Of a DNA stretch of 33,442 nucleotides, positions 32,792 to 33,442 are shown in pieces. Position numbers and translations under genes: made by a program. The notes beneath the pieces are model-generated. The model was not told the DNA's origin. It was given only the letters and a program-made list of their open reading frames with translations, and did not search any database. The first letter of the stretch is position 1; every line of letters begins with the position of its first letter. The DNA is from a virus (Duplodnaviria; Caudoviricetes), in IMG/VR virus record IMGVR_UViG_3300033067_000585, positions 1-33,442 of that record. The stretch is one strand, 5' to 3'.

Positions 32792-32799
32792 CAAATATA
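32792..32799 (-). promoter_or_regulatory. -7 promoter box TATATTTG for the packaging operon
   Basis: Exact TAnnTTTG match in intergenic DNA before terS. Confidence 0.65.
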
Positions 32800-33222
32800 C
32801 TAAAATTTTCTACCAATAGAACCAAGTTCAGAAATTACATCTGGATTATTATCGTAATGAGTTGTAATTCCTAACTCTAAAATCTTGGCAATCTTTGCTT
32901 TATTTGAGCCAGTAGCAAAAACATTGTGTAGATTAATTCCTAATTCTTTTGCTTTCGATTCCATACTCCCAATATTACGTCTAGCAGATATGATGTAAAT
33001 CGTCGCTTTGCTCGTTAATCGACGTGCCAAATCAGATCCAGCTTTCGTTTCTAAAGTGTCATCGTAATCGAATGAGATTTTCTCTTTCGCCATTTTAATA
33101 TTCGCAGCGCATACTGCTAATCGTTGTTGCTCGTTCGGATATTCCGAAAGCATAATTTCGTCGGACATACATCGAGATATGAAGTCCACGTGTTCTTCGC
33201 CGAATTTTGGTTTTGGTATCAT
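32800..33222 (-). CDS. small Cys-containing N-terminal domain fused to a capless HAD-superfamily phosphatase-like domain
   Basis: PKP..GE...DFISRCM....EYP...QRLAVC, then SFDYDDTL (DxDxT), IISAR, K, HYDNN. Confidence 0.7.
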   Translation of the reverse strand: MIPKPKFGEEHVDFISRCMSDEIMLSEYPNEQQRLAVCAANIKMAKEKISFDYDDTLETKAGSDLARRLTSKATIYIISARRNIGSMESKAKELGINLHNVFATGSNKAKIAKILELGITTHYDNNPDVISELGSIGRKF

Positions 33223-33329
33223 TTCAATAAGTATTTAGTGACAGGCTTGTCTTTGTTTTGTTCCGCTAGTTTCTTTGCTTCTTCTTTGAGCCTCTGTTCT
33301 TGCTCCCAGATTGATTCTTGTCTATTCAT
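33219..33329 (-). CDS. small hypothetical protein, 36 aa (MNRQESIWEQEQRLKEEAK...)
   Basis: Read manually; overlaps both neighbours (ATGA with the downstream gene). Confidence 0.55.
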   Translation of the reverse strand: MNRQESIWEQEQRLKEEAKKLAEQNKDKPVTKYLLK

Positions 33330-33442
33330 TTTCATAAGTTTCTATGTAATATTGTTCAGGTGTTAATTTACCTCTCTCGTGAAAATAATATCTAGCAGAT
33401 TCAATAATCTGTCGCTTTTCTAAATCTTTAGCTTGGCTAATT
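33322..33442 (-). CDS. 3' part of the wrap-around gene that starts at position 80
   Basis: Reads ISQAKDLEKRQIIESARYYFHERGKLTPEQYYIETYENE*, completing the TAVEWL...QAK..EK.QI...EQYY.ETY family pattern. Confidence 0.8.
   Translation of the reverse strand, partial: ISQAKDLEKRQIIESARYYFHERGKLTPEQYYIETYENE

Noticed and set aside
752-33366. Antisense and alternate-frame track ORFs (e.g. 752-997, 3888-4106, 6375-6572, 10276-10596, 20585-20908, 23539-23730, 24609-24986, 26728-27201, 33124-33366)
   Set aside because: They shadow well-supported genes or the putative origin and show no recognisable motifs.
1-33442. Genome-wide TAG reassignment (code 15) as in some crAss-like phages
   Set aside because: Only one gene is interrupted, many genes end in TAG before terminators or the next gene, and no CTA-anticodon tRNA was seen.
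1-33442. CRISPR array, integrase/att site, IS element, intron or intein
   Set aside because: No regularly spaced repeats, recombinase or transposase motifs, or unexplained insertions in TerL, capsid or primase were seen by eye.

Overview
This window looks like a complete, circularly permuted ~33.4 kb AT-rich tailed phage genome (siphovirus-like) of a Bacteroidota host, probably Flavobacteriaceae. The two ends join in frame into one 66-aa gene, and promoters carry the Bacteroidota TAnnTTTG -7 box. Modules: small early genes with a pyrimidine-dimer-glycosylase-family gene; replication (VRR-NUC, VirE-N/PriCT/SF3 primase-helicase, SF2 helicase, candidate origin); a TET-associated-type glycosyltransferase with a small partner; a short + strand recombination operon (HTH, putative annealing protein, YqaJ exonuclease, DUF3127 SSB); a metallophosphoesterase split by one in-frame TAG; lysis genes; fibre, head and tail genes in an unusual order; and TerS/TerL with a degenerate tRNA(CAT) between them. 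I recognise no integrase, DNA polymerase, methyltransferase or TET/JBP dioxygenase. Most striking observations: (i) two adjacent fibre-module proteins carry Sec-type signal peptides followed by Gln, suggesting exported virion fibres; (ii) a two-hairpin kissing-loop leader sits between a promoter and the primase gene; (iii) the glycosyltransferase has no evident partner enzyme to make its usual substrate; (iv) an unannotated -1 frameshift tail-chaperone extension; (v) a shared early-promoter element. All family calls come from motif recognition by eye, with no database searches.
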